Assembly (NCBI GenBank): GCA_051294375.1
Contig: CM119270.1
Span: 16,204,019-16,268,018, forward strand
Length of the DNA: 64,000 bases
From: Paraspadella gotoi
Taxonomy: Eukaryota > Animalia > Chaetognatha
Direction: 5' to 3'
Below, one piece after another: positions 1 to 13,175 of this stretch (position 1 is the first letter of the stretch; each line of letters starts with the position of its first letter). Made by a program: the position numbers and the translations under genes. A model generated the notes under the pieces. The model ran no database searches, was not told where the DNA came from, and worked only from the letters and a program-made list of their open reading frames with translations.

Positions 1-2225
1 CATCCTTCACGTTGGTGCTGAAGTTAATAAAGTTAAAAAATTTTAAACGACATTAAATAATGGTATATATTTTTCACCATCGGAGAGATTTGTATAATGT
101 ACAATTGTACATACTTGAACATCACCTTCCCCACCTCCTCATTACTCTTTTTTAATTACTTACCTACTTAGGCTCTTCATACGAATTCTGATTATATTTA
201 AATCCCTTTATTTTCGTCTCCCTTTCCCTTCAGTCCTTAAATCAAATTATTGTTTTCCATGTAAACAATAATCCACCCTTTTATGAAATTGGTACAACCA
301 ATATGATAATAATCCATTCGTTCAATAAATAAGACTCCAGGTTGTGGTGAATCGGCGATTTTAAGGTCTGCATCCCTTTTACAACATGATAACGTAGTAT
401 TTTCCAGTCCAATACTTATGGGAGTTGTTCTGTTATACAATTGAAACAGTATTTGGAAAATTTTACCACTTCATCCAGCCAGTTATTTTGTTGTGAATAA
501 TCGAGTCTTAATTGAAAGCTTGCTATGTCATTATCTATGTCATTATCTTGTAAGAGTGTCAGGGACCTTAAACCTCCATAGCTTGTCCCAAATCAGGGGC
601 AAGATAGCTTATATTTCAAACGAATGGATAATTTTACATTGGTTGTATTATGTAGTATCAAGACTATCTCCCAGAGCTTTTGGGAAGGTGAGGGCGAGAA
701 AAGGGGGCGTGGGGGGGGAAATGAAGTAAGGGTATGGTGTGAGCGGAGAAAAGGGGAGTGGGGTTGGAAATGAGGGTTGGGTGGGGTGGGGGCGGAGTTT
801 TGAAATTTTGTTAACGAAACATCCTAACAACTCATTGGTTAATAGGACACCCCCAAAAACTCTGGTGAGAACTAGTCCTTGATACACTACATAATACAAA
901 CCAAATGTAAAAATTATCCATTCGTTTTTGAAATATAAGCTATCATGCCCCTGATTTGGGACAAGCTATGGAGGTTTTAAAGGTCCTGACACCTCTTTAC
1001 AAGATACATGACATAGATAATGAACATAGCAAGCTTTCATTAAACTCGATTTATTCACAATCAAAATAACTGCTGGATGAAGTGGTAAAATTTTCCCAAG
1101 ATACTGTTTTCAAATTGTATAACAGAACAACTCCCATAAGTAATTGACTGGAAAATACTACGTTATCCATGTTGTTAAAAAGGGATGCAACCTTAAAATC
1201 GCCCGATTTCACCACAACCTGGAGTCTTATTTATTTGAAAACGAATGGATATATCATATTGGTGGTACCAAAATTTCATAAAAGGTGGATTATTGTTTTA
1301 CATGGAAAACAATAATTTGATTTAAAGGACGGAAGAGAAAGGGAAGACGAAAAATAAAGGGATTTAAATATAATCAGAATTCGTAATGAAAGAGCCTCAA
1401 GTGAGGTAAGTAATTAAAAAGCGTAATGAGGAGGTGGGGAGATGGGGAACGTGATGTTCAGTAAGTACCTAATAACAATAAGGCGTAGTGAAAGTACATA
1501 CGAAAATTCTAAATGTCAATTATGGAAACAATAATACCATCAGTGAACATTAATTTGTAAAAAAAAAATAATTTTAATGTTTTAATTTTTTGGCAGTACA
1601 GCTATATTGTATATATAGTACTATCCTTATAAAAACTGAAAAATTTCAAAATAGGCTCTTTCTTATTTTGATTGCAGATTTGAATTCCTCGTCAAAAAGT
1701 TTGAATAAAAGAAAATTATATTATTTTTTAAAATTCTTTCATTAAGTGGGTTCAAACTTACAAAAAAACTATATTTAATATATAAAAAAAGTTAATTTCC
1801 CAGCTTAAAAATATAGCTTTTTTCTAATTTTTGACCCACTAATGACAGGAATTTTTTAAAAAGAAGTTATAATTTTCTTTTTATCAACTTGTTATGACGA
1901 ATCCAAATCTGCAAAAGAGAATCTTCAAGAAAAACTGTTTTGAAATTTTAACGTTTAATTGGATTAGTACTAGTATAAATATGGCCTACTGCGTAAATTG
2001 TAAATTTATTATAAAATTTTTTTTATACATAAATGTTCATGTAGTAAATAAATGTTGTTCGTTCCTCACTTTTAGAATTTTAATTAAAGTTAAATTTAAG
2101 AAATTTACTACGCCGCTTATTATAATCAAATCTCTCCATGGTGAAAAAAATCTACCCATTATTTAATGTCGTTTTAAAATTTTTTTAACTTTATTAACCT
2201 TCAAGCACCACGTGAAAGAATGATG
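1..2225. repeat. Nested imperfect inverted repeats
   Basis: About 113-684 pairs with about 850-1463; 1-100 pairs with about 2120-2225; about 1475-1780 pairs loosely with about 1805-2120. Confidence 0.85.
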
Positions 2226-2884
2226 ACGACGACGACGAAGATACGATAAAGTTGACGAGACGAGGAATTTCACGTAACTGAAACCTAGAAGCCCTACAGC
2301 GAGAAAACATGAACGCATCTCTCTCGATAACCATAATTTCCTGCTCCTCTCTCTCTCTCTCTCTCTCTCACAACTCTGCACTCCTCTCTCTCGTCCTCTC
2401 ATCTCCTCCGTCTCGTCTCTCCTCTCTCTCTCTCTCTCTCTCTCCACCATCCATTGTCCTCCAAGTTGCTCATTTCTGTTTCAAAATGTGGACAATTTGA
2501 GTAGATCTTTTCGAAAATACCAATCCAGATCATTTTTTCGTCCGTCGTCGTCGTCGTCGTCGGTCGAATGGCGTAACCGATGGGAAACGAGATTTGGTGT
2601 TTTCGATAACAATAAAATACCGAGCGAAGCTTTGCGTTTGTACAGGTTTACAAGGTGAAACCTGAATGTCCAGTTGACATAGTTTTATTCACTCTTATCA
2701 GGGTCCTTTCAATTTTCTTCTATTGTGAGAATTTCAAAATTCAAAGGAAAGAAGACGAAAACTCGGTACATTTATAAGTGAAAAAAATTAGAATAATTTT
2801 GAAAGCAAGCAAGTTATTTTCCCATTTAAGCGAACAACTCCTATAGTCTGCGCAAATAATCAATGAATCTGGATATTGTAAAAT

Positions 2885-2962
<78 letters not shown>

Positions 2963-3109
2963 AAGAGAGAAAGAGAGAGAGCACTGGTAAAGAGTTTTAA
3001 GGGAAATGAGTAAATTGGTTTGGCTTTTTGAAAGTGAAGTGAAAGAATTCGATGAGAGGTTTTTGTGAATGCGAGTAAAGTTGGTTGCGCCCCAGTTTCT
3101 CCCTCTCTT

Positions 3110-3140
<31 letters not shown>

Positions 3141-4808
3141 CTCTCTCTCTGCTCTCTGCTGCTCTCTCTCGTCATCTCTGCTCTCTCTCTGCCCCTAGAT
3201 CCTCAGTTTCAAAAAGTTATCTCCTGCCAGACCCAAATGTCATCTCACTTCGTTTTTTTTTTTTCTTGTCCCCGGTGGGTTCGTTCGTATTTGGTGAAGC
3301 TTTCCTTCTTCGTTGCTGCCAATTTTCCATCTTTCTCGTTTATACCCTACTTTACTTTTTCTTAATTGCCACGACATAGATAAAAGTATTGGCTCCCCTT
3401 TTTTTTAGCAACGTGCGCCCGTCAAATAACTTAGTCTCTCCAATTGGGACGATTGGATCCAAAGTTACGGTCAAGAATAGCTTTATTCATAATCATATAA
3501 AGAAGATAATATTGATAGTTTTTGTTTTACCAATTTTCTATAACTCAAACATACTTCATCACCTTTAAAAAATAATCAAAATTTGGCAGTAACAATCTGC
3601 TCGAAGTTCTGCTCTCTTCCAAGTTCTTACTTTTGTTCATAAATTCAATCCATTTGTTGAACATTCTTCCAACTTTTATTTCGATTGTCCTCCCTCTTTA
3701 TGCGTTTTATTTAAATTTTCCTTTTATCCATTCCTTTTTAATTTTCCTCCTGTCCTCTCCCATTTCCTTCTTTCCACCTCTTTTCAAACATTTCCAAATC
3801 ATTCTTTCCTTTTTCTCGCACTCTTTCCTATTTGATCTTTCCAAAACTCTTTTCATAATTTCGCACATCATTCTTTCCCCAATTCTTTCCAACTCTCCAT
3901 CTTTCACTCCTTTCCATCATTTCGCACATGCATTCTTCCATAATTTTTCCCACTTTCATCTTTCCACCCTATCATTTCCACATAATTTCCCTTTAAGTCT
4001 TTCACTCTTTTCATTTGCCACATCATTCTTCCATGCTTTTTCACTTTCCTTCTTTTCATCTCTTTCATTTTTCCCTTTCCTTCTTTCCAATTATTCATCA
4101 TTTCCACCTACTTCTTTCCAATTCTTTCCACTTCCTACTTTGCATCGCTTGCTCTTTTTTTTTGTCGCCATCATCCTCTTCACGTTTTTTATCATTTCTG
4201 GGTGGTTCGCCGGTCTCATTGTCCCTCGAATCCCAGGGTTGGCCCAAAGCGTCCTCCCTATCTCTCTCTCTCTCTCGTTCTCTCTCTCTCCTCTCTCTCA
4301 TCTCTCTCCTCTCTCTCTCTCTCTCTCCTCTCGTCCTCTGCTCTCTCTCTCTTCTTTCAATCCGGGTCTTCTTCTTTTTATATCCAAAAATCCAGGACTC
4401 CATAGAATTTCCTTCTCTCTCTGTTTGCCGCTCGGTTTTTTATTCTGCTCTGCGTCTCTCTCTTTGTTTCTTCCTATCTTTGTTTTCCGTCTGATGCCCT
4501 TCGCGCCGAAGGAAAAAAGAAAGGAAATAAAAAAAAAGGAAAACAAAGGGAAAACAAAGGAGAAGAAAAAGGAGAGATCTCGGGAAGAGAATCTCCGACG
4601 AGGAGATCATCGAAATCAGTTTCAACTGCCTTGTCCAGAAGTAAAAACCTTTTCCGATACTAACGCCGCCTCCGTCGGCCGCGCTACCGCCGGAGCCGCC
4701 GGCGGCCTGCTGCCACTCCCTGCTGCCGAACCAGTCGGCCGCCACTGGCTTCGCCGAAGGAAAGGAAAGGAATCAAAGGATGAAAATATGGAAAGAAGGA
4801 GAGGGGAG

Positions 4809-4842
<34 letters not shown>

Positions 4843-4911
4843 ATCCGCTGCGGGGTCGGGGAATTTTTAACGAGGAGAAGAAAATTTGAGGAGTCCGAAA
4901 CTCTTTTTGTC

Positions 4912-6633
4912 GGTGAGAAAGGTCGGTCGTTATCATCATGTTCCGTGAACCCAATCACTATTTCACTCAGTGAGACAATCAAAAAAGGTCGGTCGGTTAT
5001 CAATCGATGTTTCCTCGTGCAACCAATCAACTATTTCACATTCATCAGTGAGACAATCAAAAGGTCGGTCGGTTATCAATTCATGTTTCCGGAACCATCA
5101 CTATTTTCACTTCCAGTGGAGACAATCAAAAAGGTCGGTCGGTTATCAATCAATGTTTCGGTGAAGCCAATCAATATTTCAGCTCGAGTTGAGACCAATT
5201 CAAAAAAAGGTCGGTCTGTTATTCATCCATGTTCGGTGAGCCAATCAATATTTTTCACTTCAGTGAGACAATCAAAAAGTCGGTCTGTTATCAAATCATG
5301 TTTTCGGTGAACCAATCAATATTTTCACTTCAGTGAGACAATCAAAGGTCGGTCGGTTTATCAAAATCATGTTTCGCGGTGAACCAAATCACTATTTTTT
5401 TTTCACTTCAGTGGAGACAATCAAAAAAGGTCGGTACGGGTTATCCAATCATGTTTCCGTGAACCAATCACTATTTCACTTCAGTGAGACAATCAAAAAA
5501 GGTCGTCGGTTATCAATCAATGTTTCCGTGAACCAAATCACTATTTCCATTCAGTGAGACAATTCAAAAAAAGGTCGGTCGCTTATCAATCATGTTTCCG
5601 TGGAACAGTCATCACTATTTCAACATTCAGTGAGAACAATCAAAAAAGGTCGGTCGGTTTATCAATCAGTTTCCGTGAACCAATCACTATTTCACTTCAG
5701 TGAGACAATCAAAAAAGGTCGGTCGGATTATCAATCATGTTTCGTGAACCAATCAACATTTCACTTCAGTGAGACAATCAAAAAAGGTCGGTCGGTTATC
5801 ATCCATGTTTCCGTGAACGCAATCACTATTTCACTTCAAGTGAGACAAATCAAAAAAGGTCGGTCGTTATCATCATGTTTCCGTGAAACCCAATCACTAT
5901 TTCAATTCAGTGAGACAATCAAAAAAAGGGGTCGGTCTGTTATCAATCATGTTTCGGTGAACCAATCACTATTTCACTCAGTGAGACAAATCCAAAAGGT
6001 CGGTCGGTTATCAATCATTGTTCCGTGAACCAATCACTATTTCACTTCAAGTGAGACAATCAAGAAAAAGGTCGGTCTGTTAATCAATCAATGTTTCGGT
6101 GAACCAAATCACTATTTCACTTCAGTGAGACATCAAAAAAGGGTCGGTCCGGTTAATCAAATCATGTTTCCCGTGAACCAATCAACTATTTCAAACTTCA
6201 GTGAGACAATCAAAAAGGTTCGATCTGTTATCAATCATGTTTCCGGTGAACCAAATCACTATTTCACCACTTCAAGTGAGACAATTCAAAAAAAGGTCGG
6301 TCGGTTATCAATTCATGTTTCCGTGAACCAATCACTAATTTCACTTCAGTGAGACAACAAAAAAAGGGGTCGGTCTGTTTATAATTCATGTTTCAGGTGA
6401 ACCAATCACTATTTCACTTCAGTGAAGACAATCAAAAAGGTCGGTCTGTTATCAATCATGTTTCGGTGAAACAATCACTATTTCACTTCAGTGAGACAAT
6501 CAAAAAAGGTCGGTCTGTTTATAAATCATGTTTCGGTGAACCAATAACTATTTCACCTTCAAGTGTAGACAATCAAAAAAAGGTCGGTTCTGTTTATCAA
6601 TCATGTTTCGTGAACCATCACTATTTCACTTCA
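4912..6633. repeat. 69-bp tandem minisatellite, about 25 copies
   Basis: Consensus GTGAGACAATCAAAAAAGGTCGGTCGGTTATCAATCATGTTTCCGTGAACCAATCACTATTTCACTTCA repeated head-to-tail with scattered indels and no unique spacers. Confidence 0.95.
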
Positions 6634-7870
6634 GAGAGCCTTTCTCAATTTCGACGGTTTTCTTCATTCAGCTCCAGTGAGTTTTATCAAGCGTTTGGCC
6701 ACATTTTTTTCAAATGCTTGTCTTTCGACGTTTATGTTGATTCAGCCCATAATCGCTAATTTTCAGTCTTCTGAATCCAATCACACTTTTCCCTTTGCTT
6801 GCTAAAGCATTTTTATTCCTTTTAATCCAATCTTTTAAACATCTGCCTTGTCAACCCTCAGGGTTCTTTACTTTTTTTTTTTTCCTTTTTCGTTGAGACA
6901 ATCAACTTACGACCAACTTGGTCAGCGGAATTGTAATATCCTAAATCGAACAATGCCGATATATGTAAGGTTTCCTCCTCTGAACGCCCCTCACCTCCTC
7001 AGAATTTTCCTGGATCCTCCTCCACCCTGCCACCAGAATTGACCTTCGATAAGTTTATACGGGACGAACATAAAGGCGTCGATCGATCAATAGACCTTGT
7101 CACGTAAACCCGCAGCCTCGCTAGAAGACAATTTTTTATTTCTCAGAGAGATGTCTCCCAACTGAGCAAAAAAAAAACGGACAAAAAAAGGAGCAAGTCT
7201 CGGAAAAGAGAGTGGAAAAAAAAAAATCAAAAAGAGAAATGAAGAAATTTTCTCTTACTTTATTTTCGAAAATAACCAATATAAAAAATTCTAACCACAT
7301 TGACCTTTGGGTTAGGCTATGTAGTATGTAGTATTTATGTATAAATTGTGTATACCATATAAAATTGGAAAAAAAATTTTGGCCTTTTTATTTTCCACAT
7401 TATCATACTGTTTTAATTTATATCAACATGATTTTATATATTTTTTTATATTTAATCTCTATTTTTTTCCGCTCTTCTAAATTAATTTATATCTAAGAAT
7501 ATTTATTATCATTGGTGAGGGGAAAGGTTCAGCGTTTGATTCTTGAAATAGAGCGAGCATCAATACCACTCGGTGTCGGGGTTAAAAATACATTTATTAA
7601 TAAAACTATATCTGAGAAATCCCGAAAAACAAAAAAAGAAAAATCAATGGAAAAGGGAGAAGAAAACAAAAAAGCGGCAATTCTCTCTTTTTCCGCTTCG
7701 ACCGGAAATTTTCCGCTGGTTCCGGTTTCTTTCGTTTCCGGTTCTTCGTCTCGAAAGAAGAAGATCCGGTCACGAAATCGATGGTACGAGGCGATTTCCC
7801 TTTTGTTTGCTCGGAGTGGAGAAGCAGAAGAGAGAGAGAGAGAAGAGAGAGAGACGAGAGAGAGAGAGAG

Positions 7871-7932
<62 letters not shown>

Positions 7933-8073
7933 TTTCTTTTCTTTCGTATCGTTGTCACAGTCTTTCTTAATCGGATTCTCCTTATTTTCAAAATTCAGGA
8001 AGAAATCCCCCCCCAGTTCTCCTTCCCCCACCAGTCCTCCATCCATTTTGTCATCTTTCGTTGTACAATACCT

Positions 8074-8821
8074 TTCCGTCGTTGTTGTCGTCGATGGTGA
8101 CTTCCGCTCTGCGACGGAAGATTCTGCGATCCCTGACAAACCCAACTGAGGAACAAACAACCAAAGAGCAAAACAAATTTCTCTGGCCTCCTCGCTCGCA
8201 GAGAAAATTTCGGCAAATAAAACTTTTTATCTTTCGGGTTTTAATCCGGAGTTCCACCAGTGTTTAAGTGGTAAATGGAAATGTGGTAAGGCTTTTGGGT
8301 TACAAGCAGGGGTCAGGAAGTCTGAATTTTTGGGAAATCGAAAACGGATCACTAACGCATTAACTAAACTGCTGTAGCCAATCGTGAAAATAAACAGCGG
8401 GCCCAAAAACCCAGTTGGCAAGAGAAACGCGCACACTGGGCGCCCAAAATTCTCTCTCTCGACTCTCTCTCGTCATCTCTCTCGTCTCTCTCTCTCTCCA
8501 TCGTCTCCTTCTCTCTCTCCTCTCTCTCATCTCTCTCTCCCTCCTCTCATCTGTCAACTGGCCCGCTTTCAGCTTATCCAATTTTTCCCCAGCGACTGGT
8601 AAAGCGGAAGTTTCGCGTTGGCGGGAACTGGAAGAAGGATGGATTTTCACTGGAAGACGAAGAGACAGAGAGGGGGAAATAATTAAATGAGGGAGTTAAG
8701 AAGAAAAAACGTCGCCTTGCCTTTGTAATGCCAATTTTTATTATGCCATAATTGGAAAGGGGAAAAAGGGAGAGGAGGGTGAGGGGGGAGGGGGAGAGAA
8801 GCTGAGTAAAGGGTGTTAAAA

Positions 8822-8859
<38 letters not shown>

Positions 8860-10060
8860 AGAGAGTCGAATACTTAAAGCAGATTAAGCAGCGATAAGTG
8901 AACCGATTGCCAAATAGCTCTCCGATTTTTGAATTTAACCTTTTAGCGTTTCCTTTTTTTAATCTTCTATTTTTTTTTCTCCACGTTTTTTAATTGTTCG
9001 ATAAGTTAATTCTTTGTTTGCCCTAAAGGCAAGACAGCGGGCCTCAGCACGCACCGAAAAGGGAATCCGGGCAATTCTTTGGCTTCTTTCGCCTTTTTCT
9101 CTCTCTTTTCGCTCTTTAATCCCCTTTTTCAACAGTCTCTTCTTCCCTATTTTTTTTTCTATTTTCAATTTTTATCTTTTCTATTTTTTCCTTTTCCTAT
9201 TTCTTCTTTATTTGTTACACATTTCATACTTTGCATTTTTTTTTCTTTTGCTGCTCTTTCCCTATGACATATGACAATACGACAATATACTTTAATATGA
9301 CATACCATCTTTTTCCCGCCTCTTTTACTTTTCTGATTCACTCTTTATCTCCCCAGGTCCTCCTTTTGTGCCTCCCTTCTCTCTCTTCCCCTCTTCCACT
9401 CCTCCAACTTCTCACACCAACTTTATCCCCCTTCCTCTTCCTCTCTCTTACTCTTACTCTCCTCTTCCCTCGTCCCTTCCTCCTCAGCCCTTCACCTTCC
9501 CCATTCTCTTCCCTCCTCCATCCCCCTTGTCTCTCCTCTTCATCCCAATTGCGGTAGTTCGCCGGATCTGCTTGTCAAATTCGATAAAAGAAAATTGACC
9601 GTCCTGCGGCAGAGAGAGAGACCTATAGGAGAAGAGAGGGTCGCTAACAAAGAGTTCACTCATTCCCCGCGCTCTCTCTCTCGGTCTTCTTCTCTCTCTC
9701 TGCTCTCTCTCTCATCTCTGCCTCTCTCTCTCGGTCTCTCGTCTCTCCTCTCTCTCTCCTTTAAATACGGCTCCGGGAGAAAAACATATAAAAATATTAA
9801 AAAAAAACAATTTTATTACAGAAGAAAAGCTCGAGTTTGAAATGATATCCCGGAGAAAACAAACAAAAAAAAATGGTGAGTGTAATTCAAACGATTCAAG
9901 TAACAATTCCTCCTTTTTTTATCGACTGGTCTCCTGGGCTAAAGCTGTTCAAGTCCGACGTCCATTAGTCCCGTCTCAAGTATCCTGATCGCTTGTCCCC
10001 CTCGCTCACCTCGGAGTCCAAAGGTCAAAATTCCTCACGATTTCAACGTCGGTCTTTCGT
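8074..10060 (-). CDS. Candidate small exons of an unidentified minus-strand gene
   Basis: About 10060-10010 (RKTDVEIVRNFDLWTP, AG|GTGAG donor) and about 8132-8074 (DRRIFRRRAEVTIDDNNDGK|GTATTG) are phase compatible; the region is noisy and no family is recognised. Confidence 0.22.
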
Positions 10061-10914
10061 CTGAGGCTTTGTTTTCTTTTTGTTTCGGCGCTACTAACTT
10101 TTTTTTTTCTGTTTCGCTTTGTTTTGTTTATGGTTTTCCGCGACGTCTTCGAAACAAAAGAAACATGTTTTGTTTTTTTTTTTTTTTTGGGGGCCCCCTT
10201 TCCGATGAAAAGGAATTTAAGATAAGCGGAAGATTGATGAGAACTTTGGAAAAATGCGCTTTAATTGTTGATGAATTTTTAGGTTGTACCAATGTGCAAT
10301 ATTATATTAGTTAGCTAAACTCTCTAACAGTGATTTTTTATTTTTTTGTTGTTAAATTGTCTATACAAAAGCGACAACTTTTTTAACTAAAATTATGAAT
10401 TGAAACTAAATCGTATCCGATAACCAATAATCTTTTCGGAAATGTTTAGGTACTTAAAAACTCGCAGAACGGTTTTAAGATAAAAAAAATTTTACAAAAT
10501 CTATATCCGGAAACTGCCGCCTTTTGTCTTTCAATCGATGCCCAATATGACCAGATTATTTTCCCAAGCACATGTCTAATTTTTTCCCGAGTCGAACTCC
10601 TGCTCATGGATTCCATTTACGTCGCATAATTTGTTTGTAAAACCGTCAATTATTTATCAATAATTAAGCGCCCATTTTAACGGATTATTCCTCTGCATTC
10701 CCCTCCAGTTTTTTATGAACTTTTTTATTTTTTTTCAATGAGATTTGATTGGACGTAGGCGCGTCTCTCCTCTTTTCTCCTTGAGACGAAAACAAAACAT
10801 CAAACGTCCGAATATTAATGATTTTTTTTCATCCTTTGGGAAGGCAGCTTGGCGCCAATGGGTTTTTGTCACCCGGCCGAGAGAGAGAGAGAGGAGAGAA
10901 GAGAGAAGAGAGAT

Positions 10915-10967
<53 letters not shown>

Positions 10968-11108
10968 TTGTGTCCTTTTGTGGCATGTGTGTCTTTTCAG
11001 TGAGAAAAAAAGTTAACTGGTATTAGGTTGTTTAAAAATGTCAAAAGGTTAAAATTTAGTTTTAAATTTAATAAGAGAAGAGAGAAGAGAGGAGAGAGGA
11101 GAGGGAGG

Positions 11109-11153
<45 letters not shown>

Positions 11154-11964
11154 AGAGAAGAGAGAGTGTGTGTGTGGGTCCTTTAGTGTATGTGTATGCA
11201 ACGAAACGATATTTTTAAAAAAAGATCGAATCGAGTGACATTGCTAAACGCGGCAGTTTTAAACTGAAAAGGGTATTTTAAAACCGGAGAGAGTAAACGA
11301 GTTGCTCGGTCAAATCGTCTCACTGCAAAAACCAGTGGGGGAAATCGGGTCCCAGTTGAAACTGTTTCGTTTTTGTCGCTACCTTTGAGTCACTGAAACA
11401 AAAGGCTTCACCCATAATTCTGAAATAATTATATGGAAATCCAGAAATTTTTTATTAACAGCTCGAAATGTCTGTTCGATTGAATTTATTGCAGACAGGT
11501 TTTCTAAGCCGAAACGCTTTTCACAATCTCCAACGCACGAAATGTCAATGTTCCTTTTTTACTCGACAACACTAAGTAAAAACTGGATTTCAAATCCTGA
11601 ATTCCTCTCCTTTTAGGTCTTTTCCCTACCATTCGCAAACTGAAAAACGGTTTACGCATATATCTTCTTTTTTTTCTTTTTTTTTATCTAAGACCAGTGA
11701 ATTTTATAAAATGTTTCGCGCTAACAATTTCCCTGTCTCTCCCATTAGTGGTTGCGGTGATGTTGGTTTAAAAAAAGGGTAATTATGATTTTACTCTTTG
11801 GTTTTTTTCTATAATGTACTTCAATCCCAAACTTGATCGGACTTTTTTCATTTTTTAAAAGTTAATAACTATCTAAAGCGTAAATATCAATAATAGATTT
11901 TTTAAAAAAAGTATCTTGCCGTTTTAGTTTTTAAACAAGAATTCGAAAGTGAGTGAGAATAGAT

Positions 11965-13175
11965 ATTTCCTTCATCCAAAACTCTTAGTCGAAGCCGCCT
12001 GCCCTCAACGCGCCTCAACGGTGTCGTCGTGGCGTCCAATCCGACTCTCAGCTCTGCTGACTTGTCGATGTTCACAGTCGCTCGAGTCATAAACGACTTG
12101 AGACAAAGAAAGAACTGGAATTCAAATTCTTACGTTTACGGAAGGGAACTTGACTACAATGAAACCTTGTCGTTGTGAAGTTTCACGACTGACACGACCC
12201 GTTGGATCAAGGGTGTTCCCCACATTGGTACCAGCTTTCATTATTGAGAACGCTTTAAATCCCTGCAAACCGGAGGGACCCGCGTTATTCCTTACTGGAA
12301 AAAAAATCCCTATTATTGTGACGGGCCCGTCGCAAGCCCACTGTCAATGCCAAGTTCTGAATTGGCAAAGCAAACAATCCTGTATTGTCGCTAAAACCTT
12401 TCGCCTCAAATTTTTTTTTTTTTTTATCAAGAGACGGAGCTTCGGTTTACTCGTTAACTTAAAGAAAACTTGATTGTTCTGGATCTTCAACCAATCGGGA
12501 GAACGCAAGCGACACCCGATCGTCCTTGAAGACATAATTGGAAGAAGATCGCCGATGAATTTCGAAGAAGAAAAAAAACTCCCACCGCCGAATGTGGTTC
12601 GCTTCGTCATCAATCGTGCGTCGACGAAAGGGAACGACTTTCCGAATCCCTCAACGACACCTTCGACGTGTCCGGCCTTGACTTTGACTTGACAAGGCAT
12701 TCGTCCAACGAGGGACTACCTCACATTCTCAAAGCCTGTCTAAGATGGGTAGACCTTGGACTTGCCTTGAGAGGCTGCAAGCCAGAATGTTTGTTTAATT
12801 AGGGTGGGGAAAAGATAGAGGAAGAGAGGGAGAGAGGAGGAGGGAAGGAGGGGATTGGGAAGGTGGAGGGAAGAGGGGGAGGTGCCAGGTCGCCTTGGGC
12901 CTGACCCACTCCGTTACTCAAGAAAACAGATCGGGATTCCGCCCCTTTAGGCTTTTTTCTTCTCCTTGATCGCTTGAGCCTCCGTCTCTTTTGCCATCCG
13001 ACAGGGATGTTCCGCGCCTAGCACCGGTGAGGTAGAGACGTACTGGGCTAGCTTCGCCGACCTCGGCCGTCCCGTCTTTCCAGTCTCCCACGAAACTTCG
13101 GAAACCTACGCATGGGGCGCGAGCAGCCGCTGCCACGCGGCGGCGCGGAATATCCTGCGGGGCGTCGTTTTCTCG
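11965..13175 (+). other. Unidentified coding-like segment with in-frame stops/frameshifts (sequencing error or pseudogene)
   Basis: High-complexity, GC-elevated island; near-open + frames: RLNGVVVASN..DLSMFTVARVINDL..YGRELDYNE; WKKIADEFRRRK..ERLSESLNDTFDVSGLDFDL..HILKACLRWV; ETYWASFADLGRPVFPVSHE. No confident family. Confidence 0.35.

Noticed and set aside
3633-4889. 418-aa hydrophobic ORF
   Set aside because: Arises from pyrimidine-rich low-complexity and (CT)n sequence that lacks stop codons; no domain signal.
4912-6633. CRISPR-like array
   Set aside because: Units are contiguous near-identical 69-mers with no unique spacers; eukaryotic context and no cas genes.
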